Shown here in pieces: positions 43,213 through 52,792 of a stretch of DNA of 64,000 bases (positions are counted from its first letter, which is position 1; every line of letters starts with the position of its first letter). The stretch comes from an uncultured Candidatus Actinomarina sp. (GTDB taxonomy: Bacteria; Actinomycetota; Acidimicrobiia; Actinomarinales; Actinomarinaceae): contig CACNQV010000005.1 of assembly GCA_902622665.1 (NCBI GenBank), forward strand, positions 990-64,989, given 5' to 3'. The position numbers were made by a program, and so were the translations under genes. The notes beneath the pieces are model-generated. The model had not been told where the DNA came from and searched no databases. It was given only the letters and a program-made list of their open reading frames with translations.

Positions 43213-44385
43213 TCATCCTTGAGATTGAATTCTTATTCTTGGGTCTAAGTAAGCGTAAGATATATCTGCGATAAAATGTGCAATTAAAGCAAAAATACCA
43301 ATAAAAGAAAAAGAAGCCATTGCAACAGGAATGTCTTCTTCTAAAACAGCCTGCAATATTAATTGTCCCATTCCAGGCCAAGAAAATATTGTTTCGGTTA
43401 AAACTGAACCATCGATAATAGTTACAATAGTGAATATGAAAGATGTCACTACAGGTAGTAAGGCATTCCTAGCAGCATGTCTGTCTCTTATTCTTCTTTG
43501 AGATAAACCCTTAGCACGAGCTGTTAGTATAAAATCATCTTTCATAACTTCCATCATTGTTGTTCTAGTAAGTAAAGCTGTACCAGCAAATGCAACAACT
43601 GTGACAGTAAATATTGGAAGAATCATATGATAAGCAATATCCATTGCATAAGGTTTCTGTATTAATAAGTCTCCAGAGTTCCAGTAAAACAAGCTAGCAA
43701 TAGTTAAAACCATAAAACCAGCAAATCTAGCATTTCTTCTAAGATTAAGAGACTCTATATTACGTGTAAAAATATATACTAATATTTGCAATATTGATAC
43801 TACAGCGGTGAATTTAATCATAGAAACAAATATTACATCACTATCATATGGTGCGTCGTACCACTTTTCGGGGTAAAGAAACTTCCCTATTGGTAACCAA
43901 TCAAGTTTGTAGCCGAAAAACCATAGCATCATAAGTGCAAACCAAGGATAAAAAATTGTATAAGAAAATACAGAAGTAACCGTAATCCATGTTTCTGATT
44001 TTGAACCCCTTCTCCAAGCTAAAATTTTACCAATTAAAAAACCTGTATAAAAAGCTACAATATTAACCATTGCAAACAACATAAGTGTTCTAGGTAATCT
44101 TTCAGCAATTAGATCTATTGGGGTTCTTGGGTAATGTTTGTAGGAGTAGCCAAAATCGCCTTGAAAGAAGTTACCTATATAAAGAAATACTCTTTCAGTA
44201 AGTGGCTTGTCTAAACCATAAAGTTTAATAACTTGCTCATATGCTTCAGGAGGTAATTCTGGATTAAGAAGAAGGTTTTGAAAAGCATTACCTGGAATTG
44301 AATCAAAAAGAACATAAGACGTAACTAAGAATAAAAAGAAAACAATAATAAGTTGATAAATTCTTTTAAAAACATATTTATACAT
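43213..44385 (-). CDS. ABC transporter permease (OppB/DppB-like)
   Basis: Multi-TM. ARAKGLSQRRIRDRHAARNALLPV EAA-loop motif. Confidence 0.87.
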   Translation of the reverse strand: MYKYVFKRIYQLIIVFFLFLVTSYVLFDSIPGNAFQNLLLNPELPPEAYEQVIKLYGLDKPLTERVFLYIGNFFQGDFGYSYKHYPRTPIDLIAERLPRTLMLFAMVNIVAFYTGFLIGKILAWRRGSKSETWITVTSVFSYTIFYPWFALMMLWFFGYKLDWLPIGKFLYPEKWYDAPYDSDVIFVSMIKFTAVVSILQILVYIFTRNIESLNLRRNARFAGFMVLTIASLFYWNSGDLLIQKPYAMDIAYHMILPIFTVTVVAFAGTALLTRTTMMEVMKDDFILTARAKGLSQRRIRDRHAARNALLPVVTSFIFTIVTIIDGSVLTETIFSWPGMGQLILQAVLEEDIPVAMASFSFIGIFALIAHFIADISYAYLDPRIRIQSQG

Positions 44386-44405
44386 TTAAGCCCACTAACC
44401 ATAAT

Positions 44406-44434
44406 AATGGCGGGTAGCTTAACTACCCGCCATT
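44406..44434 (-). other. GC-rich intercistronic stem-loop between the SBP and permease genes
   Basis: Perfect 12-bp inverted repeat AATGGCGGGTAG / CTACCCGCCATT with a 5-nt loop. No T-run follows on either strand. Confidence 0.6.
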
Positions 44435-44454
44435 AATTTAATTATAATAACTAA

Positions 44455-46446
44455 TTAATTTTTAGTTTTTACGACACCTGGACAACCTTCACATGCGTCT
44501 GTGAGTCCTCCCAGAACATCCGTAAATGGATATTCTACAGTATCGCCTCTGTATACCTCTAATACTGGTGGATTAAACAACACTAAATAAGGAAGGTCCT
44601 CAAAAAGTATTGCTTCCATTTGATTAGATAGCTTAATTGCTTCATCAACTGTTTTTGCAGCTTCAAAAGCATCTGCTACGGCATCAAATTCTGGATTATT
44701 GTATCCAGGTGTATTAAATCCTCCCCCACAAGAATCATTTCTTGAGTGGAAGAAGGCAACAGCTGAGTCAGGATATATACCTACACCCCAACCTAACATG
44801 TAAAAATTCCAATTCTTACAGTTTTCAGCACCAAAAACAATGTCAACTATAACACTGAAACCAGTTGGTCTTGCAGTTACATCAAAACCTAATTGTCTGA
44901 TGTAGTCAGCAATGAACAATGAGAATGTGTTTCTCAATGGATCATAACCAGGACCTGGTGCGTAAATTAACATATCTTCTGGTGGAACTTCACCATTTGG
45001 ACCTTTAATTCCAGTTGGTGGAATAGCTCTAGTATCATTTCCTGGGTGTTCTCCCCAGTCATCCGCTGTCCATCCAGCATCTTGTAAGATTGAGATAGCT
45101 TTCTCCCATTTTCCTACAGTATCTAGATCTTGACAATCAGCTAGTGTACCAGTCAATGGTGGTGCCCAAGCTGTTAGAGCTCCTGATATTGTTCCATCCA
45201 TTCTTTCAACAGTTCCTTGAAGAACACTGTTGATGATGAAATCTCTATCAACAACACAAGCTACTGCGTTTCTGAAAGCTTTATCACTTCCAGGGAACAG
45301 TCTTGTATTGTGTGCGAAATATCTCATACCAAGTGGCATGTTTTGTACTAACTCAACTCCAGGTACGGTTGCAAGTTGATTAAACAAGTTTCTCTTGACT
45401 CCTAATGGGTTAAGAACGAAATCTACTTCTCCGTTTTGGAATGCTAAGTATGCAGCATCTTGATCGCTGTATAGTGTATATTCAACAGTACCAACAAATG
45501 GTCCGCTATCATATGAGAACGAATCACCTGATGTGTTGCCGAACTCACCACTAAACGCTGGAGCTTTACCATTGTCCCAATCTATGCTTGTACCACCACC
45601 ATCATAGATAGTAGTTGTTCCGCCAGACCACATTGTGTCAGCATCGTACTTCCAAGTATAGAAAGCACCTTGTTCAAGCTTGTCATAGACAAAAGCACTA
45701 GCTACAGGCGCATTAATTGCGTCATGAGCATACAAAGATTCTTTGTCAGTAGCTATGGACTCCCAATAAGCCTTGCTAAATGCAGGACCTTGAGCAGTAC
45801 CATATTGCCAAGTTGATAATCCTGGGTCATAGTTGAATGTAACACTGACTGTATAATCATCAGATGCAACAATACTCACAACACAGTTTTTACTCGCTCC
45901 GTCATCACCTTCACACAAGTATGGATATGCACTTAAGAAGTTACCACCTAATGATAATCCTTTTACAGTATCGAAAGTAAATTGCCAGTCATGGGCAGTT
46001 ATAGGACTTCCGTCACTCCATGTATATCCTTGTCTAACAGGAACATTGTATGTAAATGTTCCATCACCATTATCAACTGAAGTTTCAACTAGCTCGCCAG
46101 CCATATTAACTACAAGTTGATAGTTAGGTATTGATAATGTGTAAAGAGAGGTAACTTGTCCAGACATGACATAACCTGTCCAAACATCGGATTCTGTATC
46201 GTAGTAAGCCCAGTAATTATTAGATTGTGGATCTGAGAATATAGCCATCTTATAAACACCATCAGGTCCTGATGGAGCTACTTCCTCAGCTGCTGCTGCA
46301 GTAGTTGCAGGGGCCGCAGTAGTTTCAGGTGCTTCTTCAGCAACTTCCTCTTCTGCTGTATCGCCACCACATGCGACTACAACCATAGCAAAAACTGAGA
46401 AAAGTAATATAAGACGCCAAGTCTTGGATCCTCTGAAATTACTCAA
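44455..46446 (-). CDS. ABC transporter substrate-binding lipoprotein, family 5 (OppA/DppA-like)
   Basis: Lipoprotein signal ending VVVAC-GG, then an acidic/Ala/Thr linker, then a large family-5 SBP-like body. I prefer the start at TTG 46446, which lies 5 nt after GGAG. The track ATG at 46479 lies inside a palindrome with no SD. Confidence 0.85.
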   Translation of the reverse strand: MSNFRGSKTWRLILLFSVFAMVVVACGGDTAEEEVAEEAPETTAAPATTAAAAEEVAPSGPDGVYKMAIFSDPQSNNYWAYYDTESDVWTGYVMSGQVTSLYTLSIPNYQLVVNMAGELVETSVDNGDGTFTYNVPVRQGYTWSDGSPITAHDWQFTFDTVKGLSLGGNFLSAYPYLCEGDDGASKNCVVSIVASDDYTVSVTFNYDPGLSTWQYGTAQGPAFSKAYWESIATDKESLYAHDAINAPVASAFVYDKLEQGAFYTWKYDADTMWSGGTTTIYDGGGTSIDWDNGKAPAFSGEFGNTSGDSFSYDSGPFVGTVEYTLYSDQDAAYLAFQNGEVDFVLNPLGVKRNLFNQLATVPGVELVQNMPLGMRYFAHNTRLFPGSDKAFRNAVACVVDRDFIINSVLQGTVERMDGTISGALTAWAPPLTGTLADCQDLDTVGKWEKAISILQDAGWTADDWGEHPGNDTRAIPPTGIKGPNGEVPPEDMLIYAPGPGYDPLRNTFSLFIADYIRQLGFDVTARPTGFSVIVDIVFGAENCKNWNFYMLGWGVGIYPDSAVAFFHSRNDSCGGGFNTPGYNNPEFDAVADAFEAAKTVDEAIKLSNQMEAILFEDLPYLVLFNPPVLEVYRGDTVEYPFTDVLGGLTDACEGCPGVVKTKN

Positions 46447-46471
46447 TTTCTCTCCTTTTTGTATACAAAAA

Positions 46472-46489
46472 ATCCACATAAATGTGGAT
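46472..46489. promoter_or_regulatory. perfect palindrome at the predicted 5' end of the SBP mRNA
   Basis: ATCCACAT-AA-ATGTGGAT. It abuts a second A/T palindrome, TTTTTGTATACAAAAA (46456-46471), and the SD. Confidence 0.5.
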
Positions 46490-46495
46490 ATATAA

Positions 46496-46523
46496 ATATT
46501 AGAAAATTTATTGGTAAATTCAA
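46496..46523 (-). promoter_or_regulatory. candidate promoter of the ABC importer operon
   Basis: On the minus strand: TTGAAT (46523-46518), 16 nt, TAATAT (46501-46496). The predicted start falls at about 46489. Confidence 0.4.
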
Positions 46524-46651
46524 TGCATAAATGAAATAATTTAATAAATTATTTGTAAATTATTAATTAGTTAATTAAGTAGCCAAGTAGTTGAAATATT
46601 CTAATGATTACATAAAATCCTGCTGCAAAAACGACCAGTTTAAATCCAAAA

Positions 46652-47953
46652 CTATGCATTTATTTTTACTTTAAAACAAATATTTTTCATATTAAAGTTT
46701 TGTCTAATATTATTTTCTATGTACTTCTGGTAGTTTTTTGGGATTCTTGAGCTTAAATTAAACGAAAATTCAGGAGGATAAGATGAATATTGTGTAACAT
46801 ATTTGAGCTTAGCCCTTTTGCCCCTAAATGGGTGAGGTGGGTTTTGTATCCATAACTCTCTGAATTTTGTATTTAACTCTGAAGTACCTATTCTTGTATG
46901 TAGCTGTTCTTCAACATCATTAATTGATCTACTTATTTGAGCAATATTTTTCTTGTTTAAAGCCGAGATTCGTAATACGTTAACCCACTGATATTGTTTT
47001 AATTCATTTTTTATGTTTTTGTTAATTTCTTCTTTTTCAAAAGTATTTAATTTATCCCATTTATTAAGAACAACTATTGGTGTTACATTTTGCTTTATTG
47101 CTTCTTTCAAAATTCTTTTATCTTCAAACGAAAGTCCAACTTCACTATCAACTACAATTAATGCTAATGATGCGTTTTCAAGTGATCTAATTGCTAATGT
47201 AGATGAATACCTGTCAATTTGATTTTTTTGTATTTTTCTTGGAATGCCAGCGGTATCAGAAATTTGATATGAGATTTTATTTAGACTAATTTCTTCATTT
47301 ACTTTATCCCTTGTAGTGCCAGGAATATTTGATACAGTTGATCTTTTACTATTTAACAAAGAATTAAACAACGTAGATTTTCCAGCATTAGGTCGGCCAA
47401 CAATCACTATCGATGATTTTTTATCATTATCTTTAGGAACTTTAATAGATATTTTTTCAAGTACATTTACTAAAACATCCAGACCTTTTTTGTGATAAGC
47501 AGAAATAAATATTTCTGAATTAAATATATATTTATACATTCTTTTATCTAAATTTTCTATTTTAAAATTTTCTGCTTTATTAAATACTGTTGTAGTTTTG
47601 TTTTGTAGATTATTGCTATTTATTAAATTAAATATAGAATCTAATCCAGAATAATTTTTTGAATTAACGTCTATCAAAAACAGTATATGTTCTACTTTGT
47701 TTATGTATCTTAAAATATTGTTTTGAAATTTGTTATAGGCATTGTCTGGAACTTCTAAAAACCCGGGTAAGTCTGAAATTAAAAGCCTTTTTTCATTATC
47801 AAACTCTAATGTAGTTGTTACTTTATCTCTTGTTGTATTGGGTGTTGATCCAATAATAGATGTTTTTGTCTTGGATAAAGCATTTATAAGCGTAGATTTT
47901 CCAGCATTAGGCAATCCTACAATTAATATTTCAGGTATTTTCTTTTCAGACAT
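46652..47953 (-). CDS. der: ribosome biogenesis GTPase Der (EngA)
   Basis: Two tandem G domains (GLPNAGKST and GRPNAGKST; NKAE and NKWD) plus a KH-like C-terminus. Confidence 0.93.
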   Translation of the reverse strand: MSEKKIPEILIVGLPNAGKSTLINALSKTKTSIIGSTPNTTRDKVTTTLEFDNEKRLLISDLPGFLEVPDNAYNKFQNNILRYINKVEHILFLIDVNSKNYSGLDSIFNLINSNNLQNKTTTVFNKAENFKIENLDKRMYKYIFNSEIFISAYHKKGLDVLVNVLEKISIKVPKDNDKKSSIVIVGRPNAGKSTLFNSLLNSKRSTVSNIPGTTRDKVNEEISLNKISYQISDTAGIPRKIQKNQIDRYSSTLAIRSLENASLALIVVDSEVGLSFEDKRILKEAIKQNVTPIVVLNKWDKLNTFEKEEINKNIKNELKQYQWVNVLRISALNKKNIAQISRSINDVEEQLHTRIGTSELNTKFRELWIQNPPHPFRGKRAKLKYVTQYSSYPPEFSFNLSSRIPKNYQKYIENNIRQNFNMKNICFKVKINA

Positions 47954-47967
47954 ATTATTAATATATT

Positions 47968-48996
47968 ATGGTAAACAAACTATATTTGGTAACTCCACGA
48001 GGATTTTGTGCTGGTGTTGAAATGGCGATAAAAGCACTTAAATGGTTACTTAAAGTCTATGATCAAACTATTTATTGTTATCACGAAATTGTACATAACA
48101 AATGGATAGTAAAAGAATTTGAGAAGAAAAATGTAGTTTTTGTTGAAGATCCGAAAGATATTCCCGACGGTGCCATAGTTATGCTTTCTGCACACGGCAC
48201 ATCTCCAACTATTGAAAAAAGATTCAATCAAATTTCGTCTATGACGATAAATTCAGTATGTCCGTTAGTGACTAAAGTACACCATGAAGCAAAAAAATTT
48301 AGTAATGAAAATACACAAATTATATATGTAGGGCATAAAAATCATGATGAAGCCAAAGGAGCATTAGGTGTTTCTCCTCAAAATATGCATATAGTAGAAA
48401 GTATTGATGATGTTGATAAGCTCAACATAGGAGAAAACGTAGCTCTACTTGCACAAACAACACTAGCTAAATCAGAGTGGGAACCAATTATGAATTACTC
48501 TAAAACAAAATATCCTGATTTAAAAATGCCGAGAAAAAGTGACTTATGTTATGCAACAACAAACAGGCAGCAAGCAATTACAGAAATATTACCAAATGTA
48601 AATACTGTACTAGTAGTAGGTTCGGAAAATTCAAGTAATACCCAAGCATTGGTGACAATGGTAAAAAATAATAACGTTGAAGCATTTCGAATTGACGATG
48701 TGAAAGGCATTGAAAACCTAAAATTAGATGGAAATATTGCTATAACTGCTGGAGCATCTGCGCCAGATCATATAGTTTATGAAATAATCGAAAAAATAAA
48801 TCCTTCTGAATTAGAAAATTTTAAACCAATTGAAGAAGCAGAATATTTTCCATTGCCACAACAGTTAAGAGCAAATATAAAAAATGTTGCAGATTTTTTG
48901 AATATCCTGAATACTTCTGGAACTTACCCAAAATCAGAATTTGGTATAAGCAATGATAGAAAATGGACTGCTACTGAAGCTTTAAATTCTCTTTAA
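47968..48996 (+). CDS. ispH: 4-hydroxy-3-methylbut-2-enyl diphosphate reductase
   Basis: PRGFCAGVEMAI, SVCPLVTKVH and DLCYATTNRQ, which supply the three cluster Cys residues. Confidence 0.93.
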   Translation: MVNKLYLVTPRGFCAGVEMAIKALKWLLKVYDQTIYCYHEIVHNKWIVKEFEKKNVVFVEDPKDIPDGAIVMLSAHGTSPTIEKRFNQISSMTINSVCPLVTKVHHEAKKFSNENTQIIYVGHKNHDEAKGALGVSPQNMHIVESIDDVDKLNIGENVALLAQTTLAKSEWEPIMNYSKTKYPDLKMPRKSDLCYATTNRQQAITEILPNVNTVLVVGSENSSNTQALVTMVKNNNVEAFRIDDVKGIENLKLDGNIAITAGASAPDHIVYEIIEKINPSELENFKPIEEAEYFPLPQQLRANIKNVADFLNILNTSGTYPKSEFGISNDRKWTATEALNSL

Positions 48997-49588
48997 TAAT
49001 CTTAATTACTTCATCGATACTTTTATTTTCATTATTAATAACTATTGCGTCATCAGCAATAACAAGTGGGGATATTTTTCTGTTAATATCTCTTGAATCT
49101 CTAGCTCTTAAATCTTCGACTGATTCCTTATTGTCAGATTGAGCTATTCTTCTTTCACTTCTTACTGCTTCGCTTGCATCTAAATATATTTTTAAATGTG
49201 CATTTTTAAAAACAACACTCCCCATGTCTCTTCCTTCAACCACCAATCCAATATTTGAATTTTTAAACATGAATTGCAGCACATTTGAAACAATTATTCT
49301 AACTTCACTTAATTGAGCTATTTCAGAACTCTTTGTGTTAATTTCTGGAGTATAAAGATTTTTTTCTTTGTAAACGTTTTCATTTACTTTACAAACTACT
49401 GGATCATTAGATATTATTTCGAATTCATTTAGATTCAAAGAATTTGTTTTTTCCATATGTAATGCAATTACTCTGTAGAGAAGACCTGAAGAAAAAAATT
49501 CGAAATTTAATTCAGAAGCTAAACGCTTACCGATTGTAGTTTTACCAACTCCTGAAGGGCCATCTATAGTTATTAATGTATTACTCAT
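48971..49588 (-). CDS. cmk: cytidylate kinase
   Basis: IDGPSGVGKTT P-loop. cmk-der neighbourhood. Confidence 0.9.
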   Translation of the reverse strand: MSNTLITIDGPSGVGKTTIGKRLASELNFEFFSSGLLYRVIALHMEKTNSLNLNEFEIISNDPVVCKVNENVYKEKNLYTPEINTKSSEIAQLSEVRIIVSNVLQFMFKNSNIGLVVEGRDMGSVVFKNAHLKIYLDASEAVRSERRIAQSDNKESVEDLRARDSRDINRKISPLVIADDAIVINNENKSIDEVIKIIKENLKLQ

Positions 49589-50237
49589 ATATATCTATTT
49601 TAGACATTTGACCTTTAGACATATTGCCTAAACTGTATTTACCAATTTTTTCTCGCTTTAACTCTCTAATATTTAGATCATTAAATCTAAATATTCTTCG
49701 TATTTCGTGATTTTTGCCAGTTAATAAAGTTACGCTGTAAGTGTATGAATTTATAGCCTTTACATTGTGAATTTTTAAAGATTGGCCTTCATGATTTATT
49801 TTGGTTCGAATTTTTTTGTTTTTATTTATTTTATTTTTTAAAGTTACTTTATATTTTTTTTGTACTTTATTCTTTGTGTGGAAAATTTCATTTAACCACT
49901 CTCCATCCGTACTCAATAACATCAAACCTTCAGAATTTTTATCTAGCCTGCCTCCAAATTTAAGATAATCTTTATCAATAAGATCAAATATGGTTGGTGC
50001 ATTTCCTTGTTTGTTGTGAGAACACACATATCCTTTCGGTTTATAAAATTTGTAATACTCATGAGTATTTTTATTTGTTAAATTTTTGTTATTAACAGAT
50101 ACAATATCATTTTGTTTTACTAAATATCCAACTTCTGGTACTTTACCGTTAACAAATACCTCACCGGATTGAATTAAATCATCTGCTTTCCTTCTTGATG
50201 TTGGAAGATTCAGAGCGATAAATTTATTCAATCTCAA
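49581..50237 (-). CDS. rluB: pseudouridine synthase (RsuA/RluB family)
   Basis: N-terminal S4 domain (RLNKFIA...). Catalytic GRLDKNSEGLMLLS motif. Confidence 0.85.
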   Translation of the reverse strand: MRLNKFIALNLPTSRRKADDLIQSGEVFVNGKVPEVGYLVKQNDIVSVNNKNLTNKNTHEYYKFYKPKGYVCSHNKQGNAPTIFDLIDKDYLKFGGRLDKNSEGLMLLSTDGEWLNEIFHTKNKVQKKYKVTLKNKINKNKKIRTKINHEGQSLKIHNVKAINSYTYSVTLLTGKNHEIRRIFRFNDLNIRELKREKIGKYSLGNMSKGQMSKIDIYE

Positions 50238-50243
50238 AGAGAT

Positions 50244-50768
50244 TTACTCTTCCTCTATATTTGAAAAATACTCACCTAATACAGGTAGATCATCAATGGA
50301 TGTAATATCCATTTTTTCAAGGAAAAGATTGGTTGTAACATACAAATGTGGATTTCCTGGTAGATCTAAACTACCTGATTTCTCAATGAGACCTCTAGAC
50401 TCTAAAGTTTTAAGAGAGGACTCAGATTCTACTCCCCTTATCTCGCTTACTTTGAGTTTTGTCACAGGTTGCTCATAAGCAACAATTGATAGGGTCTCTA
50501 GAGCAGGAGTAGATAAACCTCTTAAAACTGAAGGTGGTTTGAACTCAGATAATTCAGTAGAAATTGAACTCAAAGTAACTAGGTCGGAAGATTTTACATC
50601 GTATTTGATATAGAATCCGTAATCATTATCTTTTAGTTCATTGTTAATTTCATCAAAAATACTTAACAAATTCTCATTTGATATATTAAAGTTTTCTAAA
50701 AAATATTTGTGGTCAACTGATCCATCAGAAACTAGCAAAATAGCGGTTATAACTTTTTTATAATTCAT
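50244..50768 (-). CDS. scpB: segregation and condensation protein B
   Basis: ITAILLVSDGSV and LSTPALETLSIVAYEQPVTK...IRGV motifs. Confidence 0.85.
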   Translation of the reverse strand: MNYKKVITAILLVSDGSVDHKYFLENFNISNENLLSIFDEINNELKDNDYGFYIKYDVKSSDLVTLSSISTELSEFKPPSVLRGLSTPALETLSIVAYEQPVTKLKVSEIRGVESESSLKTLESRGLIEKSGSLDLPGNPHLYVTTNLFLEKMDITSIDDLPVLGEYFSNIEEE

Positions 50769-51459
50769 AATTTTTTTCTATTTTAATACCTTCGTCGCTT
50801 TGACTAGCTTTTATAAAACCCCATCTTACAGCTTCAAGAAGTGCAAGGAAAAAAGCTACAGCCTCTTTTTCAGAATTTACTTCATTTAAAATACTTTCAA
50901 ATGAAGTGTTTAATCTTTTATCAACAACCTGAAGTAAATCATCAATTGCTTTTTGCAAGTCTGGTAGATCTTTATCTAGATGCCTGAAGCCTTCTATAGT
51001 TTTATATCTTTCAAAAACTTCGATAGCAACATCATTGAACTTATCTTTACTTATTTGATATTCAATATCAGGTTTTGGAAACAAATTTTTAGTTTGATAG
51101 TATTTGAATGTTTTGATTTCATTTTCGTTATATTTTATTTTTGATGCAATTGCTACACCAATTTCAGAGAACGCTTTAAATTGTAGGAGTCTTGCAAATG
51201 CAAGATCTTTATCCTTTAAGACTTCTATTTCATCGATCCATTCGACTTCTTCTTCTTGAGGTAACATCCTTTTTGCTTTTAGTTCAAATAAAGAAGATGC
51301 AAGTAATATTAACTCTGCATAGTTTTCAATATCATTATTTAAATTTTTTTTCTCTAAACTGCTTAATAGATCTTTTAAACTCTCTTCAATTTGTAAATTA
51401 TTTGACGTGTAGTTAACTAATAAAGACTTCAGAGCATCAACTAAGAAACTTAATTCCAT
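50758..51459 (-). CDS. scpA: segregation and condensation protein A (N-terminally short)
   Basis: ELILLASSLFELKAKRMLP and a C-terminal AFFLALLEAVRWGFI motif. The usual N-terminal FEGPLDLL segment is not seen. Confidence 0.75.
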   Translation of the reverse strand: MELSFLVDALKSLLVNYTSNNLQIEESLKDLLSSLEKKNLNNDIENYAELILLASSLFELKAKRMLPQEEEVEWIDEIEVLKDKDLAFARLLQFKAFSEIGVAIASKIKYNENEIKTFKYYQTKNLFPKPDIEYQISKDKFNDVAIEVFERYKTIEGFRHLDKDLPDLQKAIDDLLQVVDKRLNTSFESILNEVNSEKEAVAFFLALLEAVRWGFIKASQSDEGIKIEKNYEL

Positions 51460-51899
51460 TAAAAATCAGTTTTATCCAATACTTCATTTTTCTCGGTTAG
51501 TAAATTGTCAAAATAATATTTACTTACATCAGGATCATTTACGTTTTCCTTTAATAGATCATAACCAATGTCTTCATGATTAAGATAATTAAATGCTTTC
51601 CTGTTTGTAACAAATTTTAATTCAGCCATTATTCTGAATAACCAGTTATATTCAGATATCGATTTACCTATATCGTGCAACAAAGAAAGCTTTAACAAAC
51701 TGTCATTATCTGTGTGCTTAATAGTTCTTTGCAAAACTTCTAATGAATGGTGTCTATCAGCTTTTGACATTTTCCAGAAAAGTTGCTCTAGCTGTGTATT
51801 GTTGAGAATTTTTGAAATTTTAATTTGATCAGAAATACTTATATTTTTGTAAAACAAAAATCTCACAGCTCTTCTAACTTTTAAAAATAATTCTTTCAT
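51459..51899 (-). CDS. HD domain-containing protein
   Basis: H...HD pattern (DRHHSLEV ... LSLLHDIGKS). 146 aa, located between xerD and scpA. Confidence 0.55.
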   Translation of the reverse strand: MKELFLKVRRAVRFLFYKNISISDQIKISKILNNTQLEQLFWKMSKADRHHSLEVLQRTIKHTDNDSLLKLSLLHDIGKSISEYNWLFRIMAELKFVTNRKAFNYLNHEDIGYDLLKENVNDPDVSKYYFDNLLTEKNEVLDKTDF

Positions 51900-52792
51900 G
51901 ATCTAGGATGACTTTCTATAAACGCCTCTTCTAAAAATTCTTTTGTAACTTTAGTATATATCTGCGTGGTTGAAACAGAGCTATGGCCTAAAAATTCTTG
52001 GACCGTTCTCAAGTCGCACCCTCCCTCTAGCATATGTGTAGCTGCACTATGTCTTAATGTATGTGGATAAACATCAGTTTGTAATGATATTGCCTTGGCA
52101 GTTTTTTTAATTATTCTAAAAACAGCAGTTCTATCTAATTTATTTTTTGATTTAGATAAAAATAAAACATTTTCTTTGTTTTGCAAAAATAAACTTCTAA
52201 AGTTTAAGTATTCAATAAGATTTTTATATAATTTGGAACCTATTGGAACAATTCTGTGCTTAGAGCCCTTTCCTTTTAATTTTAAATATTTTTCATCTAA
52301 ATCTATATCTGATAAATTAATATCACAAAGTTCAGAAACCCTGCAGCCAGTAGAGTATAGAACATCAATCAAAGTTTTATTTCTAGATTGCAAATAATCT
52401 TCATGATTATAAAAATTAATCATTTTTTCGATTTCAGATATAGATAGTATGTCAGGAAGTTTATTCGATGATTTAAGTTTTATATCTGAAATATTAATTG
52501 ACTCATAGTCTTTATTTTCATTTAGATATTTTAGAAAATTTTTTACACTCGAATGCATTCGTTTCATTGTAGAAACTGAATAATTGAATTCTGACATTTC
52601 TAAAAAAAAATTATCAATATTTGTTTTTGATATTTCTTCGTTTTGTAAATAGTTTGATAATTTCATTAAATCTGAAGTGTAGGAATTAACAGTATTTTGA
52701 GAAAGACCTTTTTGGAATAAAAGATAGTCTGAAAATGAACCTATTAAATGATTAATCTTTGACTTTATGTTCATCTTTAACATTTTCATCAA
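51896..52792 (-). CDS. xerD: site-specific tyrosine recombinase XerD-type
   Basis: GCRVSEL, HTLRHSAATHMLEGGCDLRTVQEFLGHSSVSTTQIYT. pyrG-xerD-scpAB synteny. The true start may be an internal Met, because the ORF overlaps the pyrG 3' end by 41 nt. Confidence 0.87.
   Translation of the reverse strand: MMKMLKMNIKSKINHLIGSFSDYLLFQKGLSQNTVNSYTSDLMKLSNYLQNEEISKTNIDNFFLEMSEFNYSVSTMKRMHSSVKNFLKYLNENKDYESINISDIKLKSSNKLPDILSISEIEKMINFYNHEDYLQSRNKTLIDVLYSTGCRVSELCDINLSDIDLDEKYLKLKGKGSKHRIVPIGSKLYKNLIEYLNFRSLFLQNKENVLFLSKSKNKLDRTAVFRIIKKTAKAISLQTDVYPHTLRHSAATHMLEGGCDLRTVQEFLGHSSVSTTQIYTKVTKEFLEEAFIESHPRS

Noticed and set aside
46447-46479. N-terminal extension of the SBP ORF from ATG 46479 (MWIFCIQKGEK).
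   Set aside because: This ATG lies inside the ATCCACAT..ATGTGGAT palindrome with no SD. TTG 46446 has a GGAG 5 nt upstream and yields a proper lipoprotein signal peptide.
51896-52792. Considered the tyrosine recombinase as a marker of an integrated mobile element.
   Set aside because: It sits in the conserved pyrG-xerD-scpA-scpB housekeeping context. It has XerD-type C-terminal motifs and no flanking repeats, phage genes or tRNA genes. I treat it as the chromosomal dimer-resolution recombinase.
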